Positions 13,945 through 25,799 of a DNA stretch of 64,000 nt are shown in pieces. Source of the stretch: Somniosus microcephalus (taxonomy: Eukaryota). Numbering within the stretch: position 1 is the first letter of the stretch; each line of letters starts with the position of its first letter. The notes beneath the pieces are model-generated. The model did not search any database and had not been told where the DNA came from. It saw only the letters and a list, made by a program, of their open reading frames with translations. The position numbers and the translations under genes are program-made. Where the stretch lies: positions 261,516,001 to 261,580,000 of the forward strand of contig CM126204.1 in assembly GCA_052327205.1 (NCBI GenBank). Direction: 5' to 3'.

Positions 13945-14935
13945 CAACAACAACTTGTATTTATATAGCGCCTTTAACGTAGTAAAACGTCCCAAGGTGC
14001 TTCACAGGAGTATTAAAAGATAAAAAATTTGACACCGAGCCACATAAGTAGAAATTAGGGCAGTTAACCAACAAAGAGGTAGGTTTTAAGGAGCGTCTTA
14101 AAGGAGGAAAAAGAGGTAGACAGGCGGAGAGGTTTAGGAAGGGAATTCCAGAGCTTAGGGCCTAGGCAACAGAAGGCATGGCCATCAACGGTTGAGCAAT
14201 TATAATCAGGGCTGCTCAAGAGGGCAGAATTAGGAGGAGTGCAGATATCTCGGGGGGGGGGGGGGAGGAGTTTACATAGGATATACGGCACAAAAACAGG
14301 CCATTTAGCCAATCAGTCCATGCCGGCGTTTATGCTCCACACGAGCCTCCTCCCGTCTTTCCTCATCTAAATCTATCAGCATAACCCTCTATTCCCTTTT
14401 CCCTCATATGCTTGTCTAACCTCCCTTTAAACTATTCACTTCAACCACTCCCTGTGGTAGCGAATTCCACATTCTCACCACTCTTTGGGTAAAGACGTTT
14501 CTTCTGAATTCCCTATTGGATTTCTTGGTGACTATCTTATATTGATGGCTTCTAGTTATGCTCTTCCCCACAAGTGGAAACATTCTCTCTGTATCCACTT
14601 TATCAACATTTTTCATAATTTTAAAGACCTCTATTAGGTCACCCCTCTGCCTTCTTTTTTCAAGAGAAAAAAAGAGACCCAGCCTGTTCATCCTTTCCTG
14701 ATATGTATACTCTCGCATTTCTGCTATCATCCTTGTAAATCTTCTCTGCACCCTCTCCAGTGCCTCTGTATCCTTTTTATAATATGGCGACCAGAACTGT
14801 ACGCAGTACTCTAAGTGGGGTCTAACCAAGGTTCGATACAGGTTGTGGGGCTGAAGGAGATTACAGAGATAGGGAGGGGGCGAGGCCATGGAAGGATTTG
14901 AAAACAAGGATGAGAATTTTGAAATCGAGGCAGTG
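13945..14935 (-). mobile_element. L2-like / SINE-tail repeat interrupted by the CR1 fragment
   Basis: caacaacaacttgtatttatatagcgcctttaac..aaaacgtcccaagg tail and LWNSLPK motif. Collinear with the uninterrupted copy at 2163-2680 on both sides of the insertion. Confidence 0.75.
14272..14841 (-). mobile_element. CR1-clade LINE 3' fragment nested inside an L2-tail element
   Basis: Encodes LYRTLVRPHLEYCVQFWSP..GDLIEVFK..FTQRVVRMWNSLP. The host element resumes at ~14842. Confidence 0.88.
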
Positions 14936-15129
14936 GGGTGGCCAGCAGAGGTCTAGCATGGAGCAGTGGAGGAGATACGGAGGTAAAAAGGGACTCGACT
15001 GTTTCAATTCAGGTAGCAGCAAGAGTGCGTCAGTGAGTCTGATTTTACTGGACATGTTCAGTAGCAGGAGGATGATGATGACGATCAGGGAAGGCTATGG
15101 CTATTGGAGGGCCATCGGGGTTCAACACT

Positions 15130-15720
15130 ATCCCAGGCAGAATGTCTACCACTGGCAACCAAGCTACCACAACCGCACAGAGGAGCAATATGTGAAGAGG
15201 CTCTGCCTCATCAAGGAAGCTGTAGATGAATTGTTCTGGAACCAAAGCTGCAATCAAGCAACAACATCAGCACTTTGCTATCATTAACAGGGAAAGTGAT
15301 GATATCATTGGTGAATATAATAACATTAACACCAGTATAAAGCAACAGTAGCAGCAGGAGAGGCTGATAGATTTTTTCAAAAGATGTGGCATTCCCAAGT
15401 TACAAGACAACATTGAGTAAACCCATGTTGAACACATGTGGAATATCCCATGGTATTTAACACAAAGGGATTCCACTCATCAACATCCACATGGTCTGTG
15501 GCCACTAGGAAATCGTGATGCATGTGAATGCACAGTTTACAGAGAGTGACCACAAATTAATACTCATATCTTAAGGGCCTTGTGGGTGGTGACAAGCTGG
15601 ATGGTTAGCATTTCGAGATATGGGTTAACCACTGCAAAAGTGGCTCATTATACCGCTGAGCAATTCCAATAGCCCTCAGCAAACAGCATGCAGTGATGTA
15701 CATTTGAGAAGCAGCAATAT
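15130..15720 (+). mobile_element. Highly degraded PIF/Harbinger transposase remnant
   Basis: Broken motifs SYHNRTEEQYVKRLCLIKEAVDEL, F..CGIPKLQDNIE*THV (cf. GFP.V.GAID.TH), N.KGFHS.N...VC.H and GGDK in the expected HARBI1-like order. Confidence 0.6.
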
Positions 15721-18700
15721 CATCAGGCAGACATTGAATCTGTTGTGCATTTTTCTCTTTAGTGTACCTTAACACACAAAAGCTTCCAGAGAGCGCAGAG
15801 TATAGTCAAGCATTCCTGCAAATGTGTTTAAAACAAGGCAAAACAAATTAGCTCCCCTTTATTGTACCAATGTGTGCACTCAGAGTAATTTCACCCCCCC
15901 CCCCCACCCCGAGACCATTGGACATTCTCACATTAGGGCAAGACCAGAGGCCTACACTAGTTCCACTGTGCTTTACTCTCCTCTGGTACAGTGTTAGTCC
16001 AGTAATCCCTGACAGGTGCATGAGTGAAGAGGCTACGTTTAGCAAAGGAGAAGTCAATTTTCCGTAAGGTTCGTATTTTATAAAAATAACCATTTGATGG
16101 AAAAAAATGTTAGGCAGTTTTCAGGCTAGGAATAGCTGTAAGCTTTGATGTGAAAATTAAATGCTGTTTAAATTTGGTTGTTCCATATAATGCTCAAAGA
16201 TACTAGAGGCTTGTCAATATAATTATCGTTAGGCCAGTGCTTTCAGTGATAATGGAATGCCTGGCTGAGACTGTCACAATATCTTGTTGCCTCGTTTGCC
16301 AAAGTACAGTGTAAGCTCACAATATATTGACTATTAACTGAAGATTATCACCCCCAAAAAAATAATGCGCAGTGATCAGATAACAATCGTTAAACCTTTA
16401 GTGAGGTAATCATCATGTTTCAACTGTGTGAACTGCGGTGGCTGGTGTTCACTATGATTCTTTTCCTCCAGCAATGAATAGTAACATTGACGTGTGCTTT
16501 TTAAAGATTCTGTAAGGTTCTGCAGCTCAGTTACCTCACACACAATACAATTCAGTTGTAGAAAAAAAGACGTGCATTTATATAGTGCCTTTCACGATAG
16601 AAACAGCAATGAGATAATGACCAGATAACCTGTTTTACTGATGTTGGTGGAGAGATAAATATTGGTCAGGATATCAGGAAGAACTCCCCTGCTTTTCTTC
16701 GAAAGGTCCACCTGAGGGCAGACGGGGCTTTGGTTTGACTTCTCCGAAAGATGGGTATAGAGATATAGCCTATACCCAGTAATAGTACATTGGAACACTG
16801 ATTTCCAGCACCATGATATGGTGGAATGCAAGTTCATTCCTGCACTTGCTCATGGCTAGTTCCTAATTTCAGCCATTCTGTCAGAGAAAGAGTCACCTAG
16901 ACATCATTCTAGATGTGGGGAAGAAGCTCTCAACTGGTGCTGCAGTTGTGTACCTCCAAACAGTTGGCAGAAGCGGGACATTGTACAGGCCTGGGAACAG
17001 GAGATTTTCCACCTTCTCACATTTAAAAAAACCAAAGTAAATAAAAAATTGTGCAGTTGTCAGGCGCGTGCAGTGAATGTTACCATTAAATTGAAAGGAA
17101 TAAAATAGTCTGCTGAAAGATGAACAGAAACAAAGTACAACCGAGGATAAAGCAGCATCAACACAAGAGAAGGGGTCGGGGAGGGAACAGCAGGACATTG
17201 CAATGAAAGGAACGTGTAATAAGAACAAAGTTGAAAGAGAGAGAAAGAAAGGAAGGAGTTGCCAGAAGTATGTAGGATGAAGGGCATTGGCTAACACGGA
17301 AGAGGAATGTACTGGTGGGGGGCGGGGGGGGGGTTAAACAGAGAGTCACTATGGCTGAAGTATTTGAGTTTTGTTCTCTAGAGATTACAATGATAATGGT
17401 ATGATTCATCAAATATAGAAGCCGGCTCCAAATCTGCAGAGACAAGAAAAGCACCATTGTAAGGAGGTGCACAGGTAGCTCCTGATAAGGATCGGTGGGG
17501 ATAGACTAGGTTCAAACATTGAAGTGCTATATTCTACAGGCAGTTTTTCTGTGAAGAATTAGAGAATTACCAAAAGCAACAGGGCAAATTGCAGTTGATA
17601 TCAATGCACTGTGAATTATTTGATGTTTTAATTGTTTTTAAGGAGCTATGTTCTTTTTCTCAGGAGGATAAAGAGGTGAGTGATTGTGGTAATAGCATAG
17701 AGTAATGGCATGTTCACTGGCAATGTATAAAATGTCAAAAGGTTTTGGATCTGGTGTAATGGCAATTGTAGATGTGAGGCTACTGCATTGTATGGGTTTT
17801 ATTTTCTAAGCAGTTCTAGGACATGCCTCCTCTCCTTTACCAGAAAATGTTGATTTGGAAGCATTTTGGAGTAGACGTTTCATAGAAAGGAAATTTCTTT
17901 CAAGTGCTTTCCTTTCCTGGATGTTTTAAACATACATGTATAAACTGGAAAGTGGGATTAATTGGATAGTTCTTTCAAAGAGCTGACACAGGCATGATGG
18001 GCTCTAGTGCCTCCTTCTGTAATGTATGATTCTGTGAAATATTTTCTGTTGTATGTTCATATTGAGACAGTGTGCTATTCGTAGCTGGTCAGAGAACAAT
18101 TATAATGGTGACTGGTGTATATTGTGATAATATATTTGTTTCTTGGCTCTTGATCCCCAGCTCTACCTCTCCAACACCAGCCTCAACTCCATGACCACTC
18201 CTCTGGTTGCTTGTCCAACATCAAATCCTGGATCAGCCAGAAATTTCTCCAGTTTAGCATTGGCCATTCTGCTCTGTGCTCACCTAAAACTACACCACAG
18301 CCCTTAATTCCATCCCCTCCCTTGCTGCCTTCTCAGACTGACCTGGCACTGTGCAGCCTTGGTGTTCTGTTTGACTTGCTGCGAGCTTCAAATTTCATAT
18401 CTATCCATCACCAAGAACACCTATTTCTACCTCCACAATATTGCCTTCCCACCTCTACCCCCTACCCCCATTGAAGACTTCCCTCATTCATGTGTCTATC
18501 ACCTCCAGGGTCAGTGATCCAGAAATCCGATGATGCTGTGCCTGTTTTTCAGGCGCTAAATGGGCATCTAAACTTCCAAAATGGTGAGCAGGAAATGCGT
18601 GCTCATTACGAGCCGGAAGTGCGCTGCCCTCCATATTGTTAGAGGCAAAAAATAAGTAGATGTTCAGGGCCTGCACCTGAAACAGGCATTACTGTATCAT

Positions 18701-19605
18701 TTGCATATGCAAATAAGGGGCCTAACGTGTGTTTGAGGCCCCCTGTACAAAATTGGGTTGCTCTGAACGCCGCCAGCTTGGCCACATGAAGACCTGGTTT
18801 TCCTGAACACAGCCAGGAAAACCAGGTCTACATCCGGCCAAACCGGAGGTCCTTAAAAGGGACCATTGCAGGCAGCCACCAAAAAACATAAGTGTTTAAA
18901 AAATACTTAACTAAATATGGAACTGGGAGGAGCAGCAGAGCACCTCCTAGCTCCACATTAAAACTCAAGGGCTGCTGCCAGCCATTTCTCATCGCCCCCA
19001 CCCCCACTCCTGATCAGCCCAGTCGCAATGTCCTGATCGTCCCTCGGTTGCTATCACTGAGCCAGTGAGCACTCTGACATGAGGAGCGCTATAGAAATGT
19101 AGAACTCTGGTTTGCATTTGGTTAAGTTAGGATCACATTCATTTGGTTTTATGTTACTGATTATGACTGCTTTTAAAATGTGAGAAAAATTGGGGATGTT
19201 GCCCTGATCTACTTTTATACCCCCTCCCCCTGGTGGCCAGATTGAGAGAAGCACAAACAGGGACGGGGAATGTGGAGGGCATGAGTTCGGAGAGAGGGAA
19301 AATAAAATAACTTCATAAAAAAGAGAAAAAATATATCACGCGCTACTATGAATGCAGTATCCAACAGCACACGCATATGTTTCTGCGAGATGGCACCTCG
19401 AATAAATCTTCAATCAGGAAACACTGGTTGAAATATCAACCGATATGTCAACTCCAAACTTATACACAGAGACCTGTAGACCCACAGCTGTGATTTATTT
19501 CAGTATTAATTTGGGACCATCCACAAAGCCTGTATGCACATGTGGACAGTGTGAAAAATGGCACCACAGTATACAAGGGAAGCGGTTTTTCTCAAAGTGT
19601 AAATA

Positions 19606-20374
19606 TAGGCCCTGAAATTAGGATCGGGAGCTTGCCGCGCGTGCAAGCCCCTGATGTGCACTCACCCTGCGCGCCGACATCTGAAGCCCGGGCCTGCTTG
19701 CATTTCCTGTCACTGGCCCGGTTCAGATGTCGGCGCGATGTGCTTACCTGATCCAGCGGCGTAGTTAGTGCGATGTGCCGGCTGGGATCAGGTGAGCACT
19801 GTGCAGCCAATCAGGGGAGGGGAAACTCATTCATGAGTTTGACAGTAAGAGCTGTCAAACTCATGAAAACTCCTGGCCCCAAAACACTACTTAAACCTGA
19901 AAGAAAATTTTAAAAAAATATTGCACTACTTAAATGAACAATAAAGAACTCTGAAAAACTATTTTAAACAATAATTTTAAAATTTGAAAAAAAATGTTAT
20001 ATAAAAAATCGGGGCTAAAACTAAACTTACCTTACTGTAAATTCTTTAAAAATAACAAACCTGTGGAAAAAAAAATTCTCAATTGTACTAAAAGCCCACT
20101 TACCTGAAAAACTAAGTACTTACGTGTGGTTTTTCAATGCGTAAAGACCGGAGGCCTTTACACACGCGCAACTCTGAAAAAAAAAAGGAATTTCACTGCG
20201 CACGCGCTGCCTGTGCAGTCGCACGCGTTCTGCCTCTTAACCCCTTGGGTCAGAGGACAGGAAATGCCGGTTTTCAGCGCATGCGCTGTGCATGCTGAAA
20301 ACCGGCAATTCCTCCGGGCACACGCGTGAGTACCCCGTCCGTACTCACGCGTTGTGCCCGGAATTACTGGGCCA
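19606..20374. mobile_element. GC-rich MITE-like element with imperfect terminal inverted repeats and internal hairpins
   Basis: Ends ggccctgaaatt and aattactgggcc. CpG-rich arms around an A-rich core. A related end fragment lies at ~38380-38560. Confidence 0.6.
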
Positions 20375-21348
20375 TATTACTTTCAATCTTTTTAAACGTT
20401 ACCTCTACTTATAATGTTAATACATTTATAATGTTTTACCAATTCTCTATTTTATCATCATTAAAATAAAAATTTGTCTCACTGCAGATCTGAATTAATT
20501 TTTGGAAAAGCAGAGTTACAAAAGGTCTGGAAAAGTGTATGATTGGCAATGAGATTTTCAGCATACATACTTTGTAGATGAATCATAGTGACACTCACTC
20601 AATTACGAATGATGAACATTTTGAATTTCTCTAACTTAGCTAGACAAAATTGGGGGAAAAAGTTTGAATATTTGACCTAAATGTATTTGATTAATCTCTC
20701 ATTCACTATGCTTTTTGGGAACTACTGGTAGCGAGTTCAGATGTGTTTATCTATGATTGTATATTTAGCAATATCTTTGTGGAACTACAGTGCTACAAAG
20801 ACATCCTAGGGTACTTAACCTGTGGCTTGAAAAATCCACTGAGGGATAACAATGAGTTTTTGTTCAGAATCAGTTTATTGTCACCTTGATATATATAACT
20901 GAATAATATATATTCAGAGATGACTTTTAATATAAAATAACACTGGTATTTGTTCTGGGGGAAAAAAAACTCAAGTAGATTTTTTGGATAAAAATGTAAG
21001 ATTGTTTTTTAAGGCCAGCCAAAGACAGCAATGGGGGCCTAACAATAGATTACACCATAGGTTAAGGTATTAGCTGCAGGGTTCAGGTGTGGCTGTAACC
21101 TGAAACTGGAGGCAGGTATCGCACGGCGTCTGATAGAAATTGCTAGTTTTCAAAAGGTACAGGCAGAAACTACCAGCAAAGCAAGAAGCCAGTCTAACTG
21201 CATAGAAAAAAGGGACTTATTTGCAACCAGCCTCAACGTCTTTTTAATTTGAATTAAAAAGACTCAAGTTCCCAGGACCGATCTCTTCAGGAATATCACT
21301 TGAAATTTTGGAATTGCTTTTCAAGTTGTAGAGCAATGCTCTGTTAGA

Positions 21349-21430
21349 ATGGAAAAACGACTGCTCCTGGGCTTTGGCTGGTTGTCGGTTACAGTACTTT
21401 TACTAAAGCGAGGATCTTTGCTCACACAAG
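21349..21430 (+). CDS. Nested CRB3-like gene, coding exon 1: signal peptide
   Basis: ATG (agaATGg, A at -3 and G at +4) opens MEKRLLLGFGWLSVTVLLLKRGSLLTQ: basic N-region, hydrophobic core, polar C-region. Donor caag|GTaaac in phase 1 matches the phase-1 acceptor at 29229. Confidence 0.72.
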
Positions 21431-22485
21431 GTAAACCTGTGCTTGCTAAAAATAAAAGGAAGGTGCAGAAATAGAAATGTATCTTTTCTCAGACTGTGCT
21501 GGATAAAACTAGCCCAGACCTAATGTGTTGCTATTTTTAGATTGGATAATTATATCTGAAGTCTGTCAAATCTAAATATGTAATGGATCATCGATGCAAT
21601 GCTGGGAACAAGGGCAGTTTTTATGACTGAAATGTTTAGTATGTTTAAAGATTGGATTGAGGTGATGCTTTTACTGTTAATGGATATGGTTTTATTGGTG
21701 CATGATGCATGAGTCAAGGAGACTAAATGTGAAGAATACAGAAAGGAAAAGATCAGTAGTTTTAGTGGTCAAAGAGAAAACAACCACTGTTGTCTTCAGT
21801 TTCCCAGTATAATCAAAATACTATTATTTCCTGAAGAGGAGTTTGTACTAAATAATAAACTTACCAGTTAATAACTGAGATAAAAAGTATACTGACATAA
21901 TATTTAAAATGACAATGCCACTCACAGTAAAATGTAAAAATTATAATACTCAAACTGGGATAAATGAGAGAAAATAGGAAGTACTATGATAATTGTAAAT
22001 GGGATTTCCTTTGGGAAAAGGTGATTCAGATACATCTGAAAACATGTCAGATCTGTGCATTAACCCTTTTTCTCATAAAGCAATTGAAATTAATTCTTCC
22101 AGGGGGTTCCAGGGTTGTAAAAAACTGACTCCATCACAGCTGTCAGAACATTGCATGACACATAAGAACCAAAATGGCAGTGGGACATAAACCTGCTTAA
22201 AGATGTTGTACGGTGCTGTATCAAAACTGTCCGCAGGCAGAACAATATAGTTGAGGAAATAAATGATCCAGAATTGATTTAATCTTGGGTGCCACTGCAT
22301 TGTTTGCACATACTTGTGAAACAATCGAATGCATAACTATGCCAATTCCCAATCTGAATATGTAACTATGCCAATTTAACTTCTAAGAAGTAATTTTATC
22401 ATACAGGTGTCTCTGGGGCAATGATTTACATTTTCTAGTTACTCATACGATATATAAGCCATCAGAACTTGTCTTTTGTGGTGCA

Positions 22486-22835
22486 TAAGAAATAGGAGCA
22501 GGAGTAGACCATTTGGCACTTCGAGCCTGTTCCGCCATTCAATAAGATCATGGCTGATCTTCTACCTCATCTTCACTTTCCTGCACTATCCCTATATCCC
22601 TTGATTCCCTTAATATTCAAAAATCTATTGATCTCTGTCTTGAATATACTCAACGACTGAGCCTCCACAGCCCTCGGGTAGAGAATTCCAAAGGTTCACC
22701 ACCCTCAGAGTGAAGAAATTTCTCCTCATCTCAGTTCTGAATGGCCGAGCCCTTATTCTGAGGCTGTGACCCCTGGTTCTAGACTCCCCAGCCAGGAGAA
22801 ACATCCTCCCTGCATCTACCCTGTCAAGCCCTGTT
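22486..22835 (-). mobile_element. CR1-clade LINE 3' end fragment
   Basis: Reverse complement of the tail at 25440-25799 (cataagaaataggagcaggagtagaccat..aagatcatggctgatct). Confidence 0.8.
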
Positions 22836-23299
22836 TTACTTCACATTTTGCCGCACTTCAGTTTCCTTCTTCCTCTGCTACACTTTGTTCTCATTTGGAT
22901 ACAGTTGTTTCGTAGTCTCTGCAACGTATTTTTGAAAGTATTTATCCTCTGTGCGCCTCTATTTGTGTATCCAGCCTAGTTCTCACCTCAACCCTCAAAA
23001 TGCACTCCCTAAACTTGAGACTCTCTGATGTACTCTTCCCTTTCTTTATCGCAAGCCTAACTTTATGCTCTACAACGCTATGATTGCCGTTTTGAAAATG
23101 CTCACTATAACCTCCAGTATCAAATCCAGTATCATTCCAGCCCATGTCGGCTCCCTACCATTTGAGACATGTTATGTCAGTATCAGTTGTCCCAAAATAT
23201 ATTTTCATTCTCATTATAGATCTCTGGAGAATTCAAATCACCAACAATTACATTTGATCTTTAACACTTCACGTATCTGAGTATTAAGTTCCAAATCTA

Positions 23300-23900
23300 G
23301 TATCTCTTCTTGGTATGGTGGGTCATAACAGATCCAAATTAGTTAATATTTTTCCTTTTTATGTCACTTACATTGATCCACAATAATTTCACTTTTTCTG
23401 AACCCAGTCTAGATTCCTCACTCTCCATGAACGTCACGTCTTCTTTCACATAAAAAGCCACAGCTCCCCTCAATTCATCTTTTCTATCTCTTTGGAGCAG
23501 TTTATATCTTTGTAAATTCATCACTATACAGCCCAGCAATTCATTACTTCCCCTTGTGGTTATTTTCTTATAATCTTCTTGTATCACTATGTACTCCTCC
23601 TCTCTCCTGTACCACAACATCTGGCTTCTGTTTCTTTTCTAGTTCTAGCATTCACTAATCCCTCCCCTCACCCCCCCCCCCCCCTTACTAATTTACCGCC
23701 CCCACTTCCCAATGTACCTTTCCTGCAAGGACATTAATAGCAGTCCAATTCAGGTGAATGCTGTCCCCTTTGAACAGGCTTCCCTCGCCCCAGATTGTGT
23801 CCCAATGCCCTAGGTATCTGAAACCTTCCCTTCTACGCCACTTTTCAAGCCACATGTTCACACATCTAATTTTTTTCACTCAGGCCATGGATTCAGCAGT
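23300..23900 (-). mobile_element. Degraded CR1-clade LINE fragment (ORF1 esterase-like region and start of endonuclease)
   Basis: WLEKWRRREGFRYLGHWDT..DSIHLNW (SGNH-like ORF1) and RDRKDELRGAVAFYVKE (APE-like) remnants. Confidence 0.6.
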
Positions 23901-24611
23901 ATTTCCGAGATTGTTACCCATGAGGTCTCTCTATTAAATGTAGCACCTTACTCCTCAAGCTCACCTTTAGACCTCCATCCTACTCTTTCCTAGGACACTG
24001 GTTCCTATATGAACCTTGACTCCCGGTTGTTTTCTCTCCGATTCCAAGAGTTTTTTTTTCCAGCTTCTGCACAACTTTCCCGATCTTGGATCCCAGGAAG
24101 GAATGTATCATTCACGATTGCCAGTAACCTTTTATGTGGCACCTTATCGAAATAGGAATCCCCCATAACTATCTTATGAATAATCTCACTTGTCTGGATG
24201 GGTATCACCTCACTCCATATAGCTTGTCCTGTGTTACAGACTGTAACAAGCCAACCTTTGAGCTCAGTATTTTTCAGCTAGAGCTACACATGTCTTTCAC
24301 CTGTACTCTTCCAAATCCAGGCAGAGTATACCATGCATGTTGCACACTTCACAAGTGTGGCTTCGGACCTTGCCATTCCTGTGTTCAGGGCTATAATGCT
24401 TCTTGGAGTTACTGTCCTTATGTTATGCTCTCTATGGCCTCTTGCTCCTCCTTACCAGCTTAACACAATGCATAAATGATTTTCATAACTTGACTTACCT
24501 TAATATACTAATTTAGCACACTCTTTTGAATAGCCTTCCCATTTTAATATAATAGATAATATAATTATCTTTAAAACTGCCTTGTGTACTTAATATATCA
24601 CCCCTCATCAA

Positions 24612-25799
24612 TTTTGGATTTCCAGAAGGCATTCGGTAAGGTGCCACATAAAAGGTTACTGCATAAGATAAGAGCTCACGGAAGTGGGGGTAATATATTA
24701 GCATGGATAGAGAATTGGCTAACTAATAGAAAGCAGAGTCGGGATAAATGGGTCATTTTCCAGTTGGCAAACGGTAACTAGTGGGATGCCACAGGGATCA
24801 GTGCTGGGGCCTGAATTATTTACAATCTACATTAATGACTTGGATGAAGGGACCGAGTGTAATGTAGCCAAGTTTGCGGATGATACAAAGATGGGTGGGA
24901 AAGCAAGTTGTGCAGAGGACTCAAAGAATCTGCAAAGGGATATAGACAGGCTAAGTGAGTGGGCAAACATTTGGCTGATGGAGTATAATGTGGGAAAGTG
25001 CGAGGTTATCCACTTTGGCAGGAAAAATAAAAAAGCAAACTATATTATTTAAATGGAAAGAGATCACAAAATGCTACAGTTCAGAGGGACCTGGGGGTCA
25101 TTGTGCATGAAACACAAAAAGTTAGCATGCAGGTACAGCAAGTAATCAAAAAGGCAAATGGAGTGTTGGCCTTTATTTCAAGAGGGTTGGAGTATAAAAG
25201 CAGGGAAGTCCTGCTACAACTGTACAGGGTATTGGTGAGACCACAGCTTGAGTACTGCGTACAGTTTTGGTCTCTTTATTTAAGAAAGGATATACTTGCA
25301 TTGGAGGCAGTTCAGAGACGATCCACTTGGTTAATTCCAGAGATGAGGGGGTTGACTTATGAGGAAAGGTTGAGCAGGCTGAGCCTATACTCATTGGAAT
25401 TTAGAAGAATGAGAGGTGATCTTATTGAAACATAAGATACTGAGGGGGCTCGACAAGGTAGATGCAGAGAGGATGTTTCCCCTCGTGCGGAAATCTAGAA
25501 CTCGGGGGCACAGTTTCAGAATAAAGGGGCGCCCTTTTAGAACTGAGATGAGGAGGAATTTCTTCTCTGAGGGTCGTAAATCAGTGGAATTCTCTGCCCG
25601 AAAGAGCTGTGGAGGCTGGGTCATTAAATACATTTAAGTTGGAGATAGACACATTTTTGCAAGATAAGGGAGTGAAGGGTTATGGGGAGTGGGCTGGGAA
25701 GTGGCTTTGAGCCCAAGATCAGCCATGATCTTATTGAATGGCGGAGCAGACTTGAGGGGCCAACTGGCCTATTCCTACTCCTATTTCTTATGTTCTTAT
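24612..25799 (+). mobile_element. 5'-truncated CR1-clade LINE (RT C-terminal part plus 3' tail)
   Basis: Frameshifted LDFQKAFGKVPHKRLL, PQGSVLGP, FADDTK, LVRPQLEYCVQFWS and RRMRGDLIE motifs. Ends in the tatgttctta-type tail. Confidence 0.92.
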
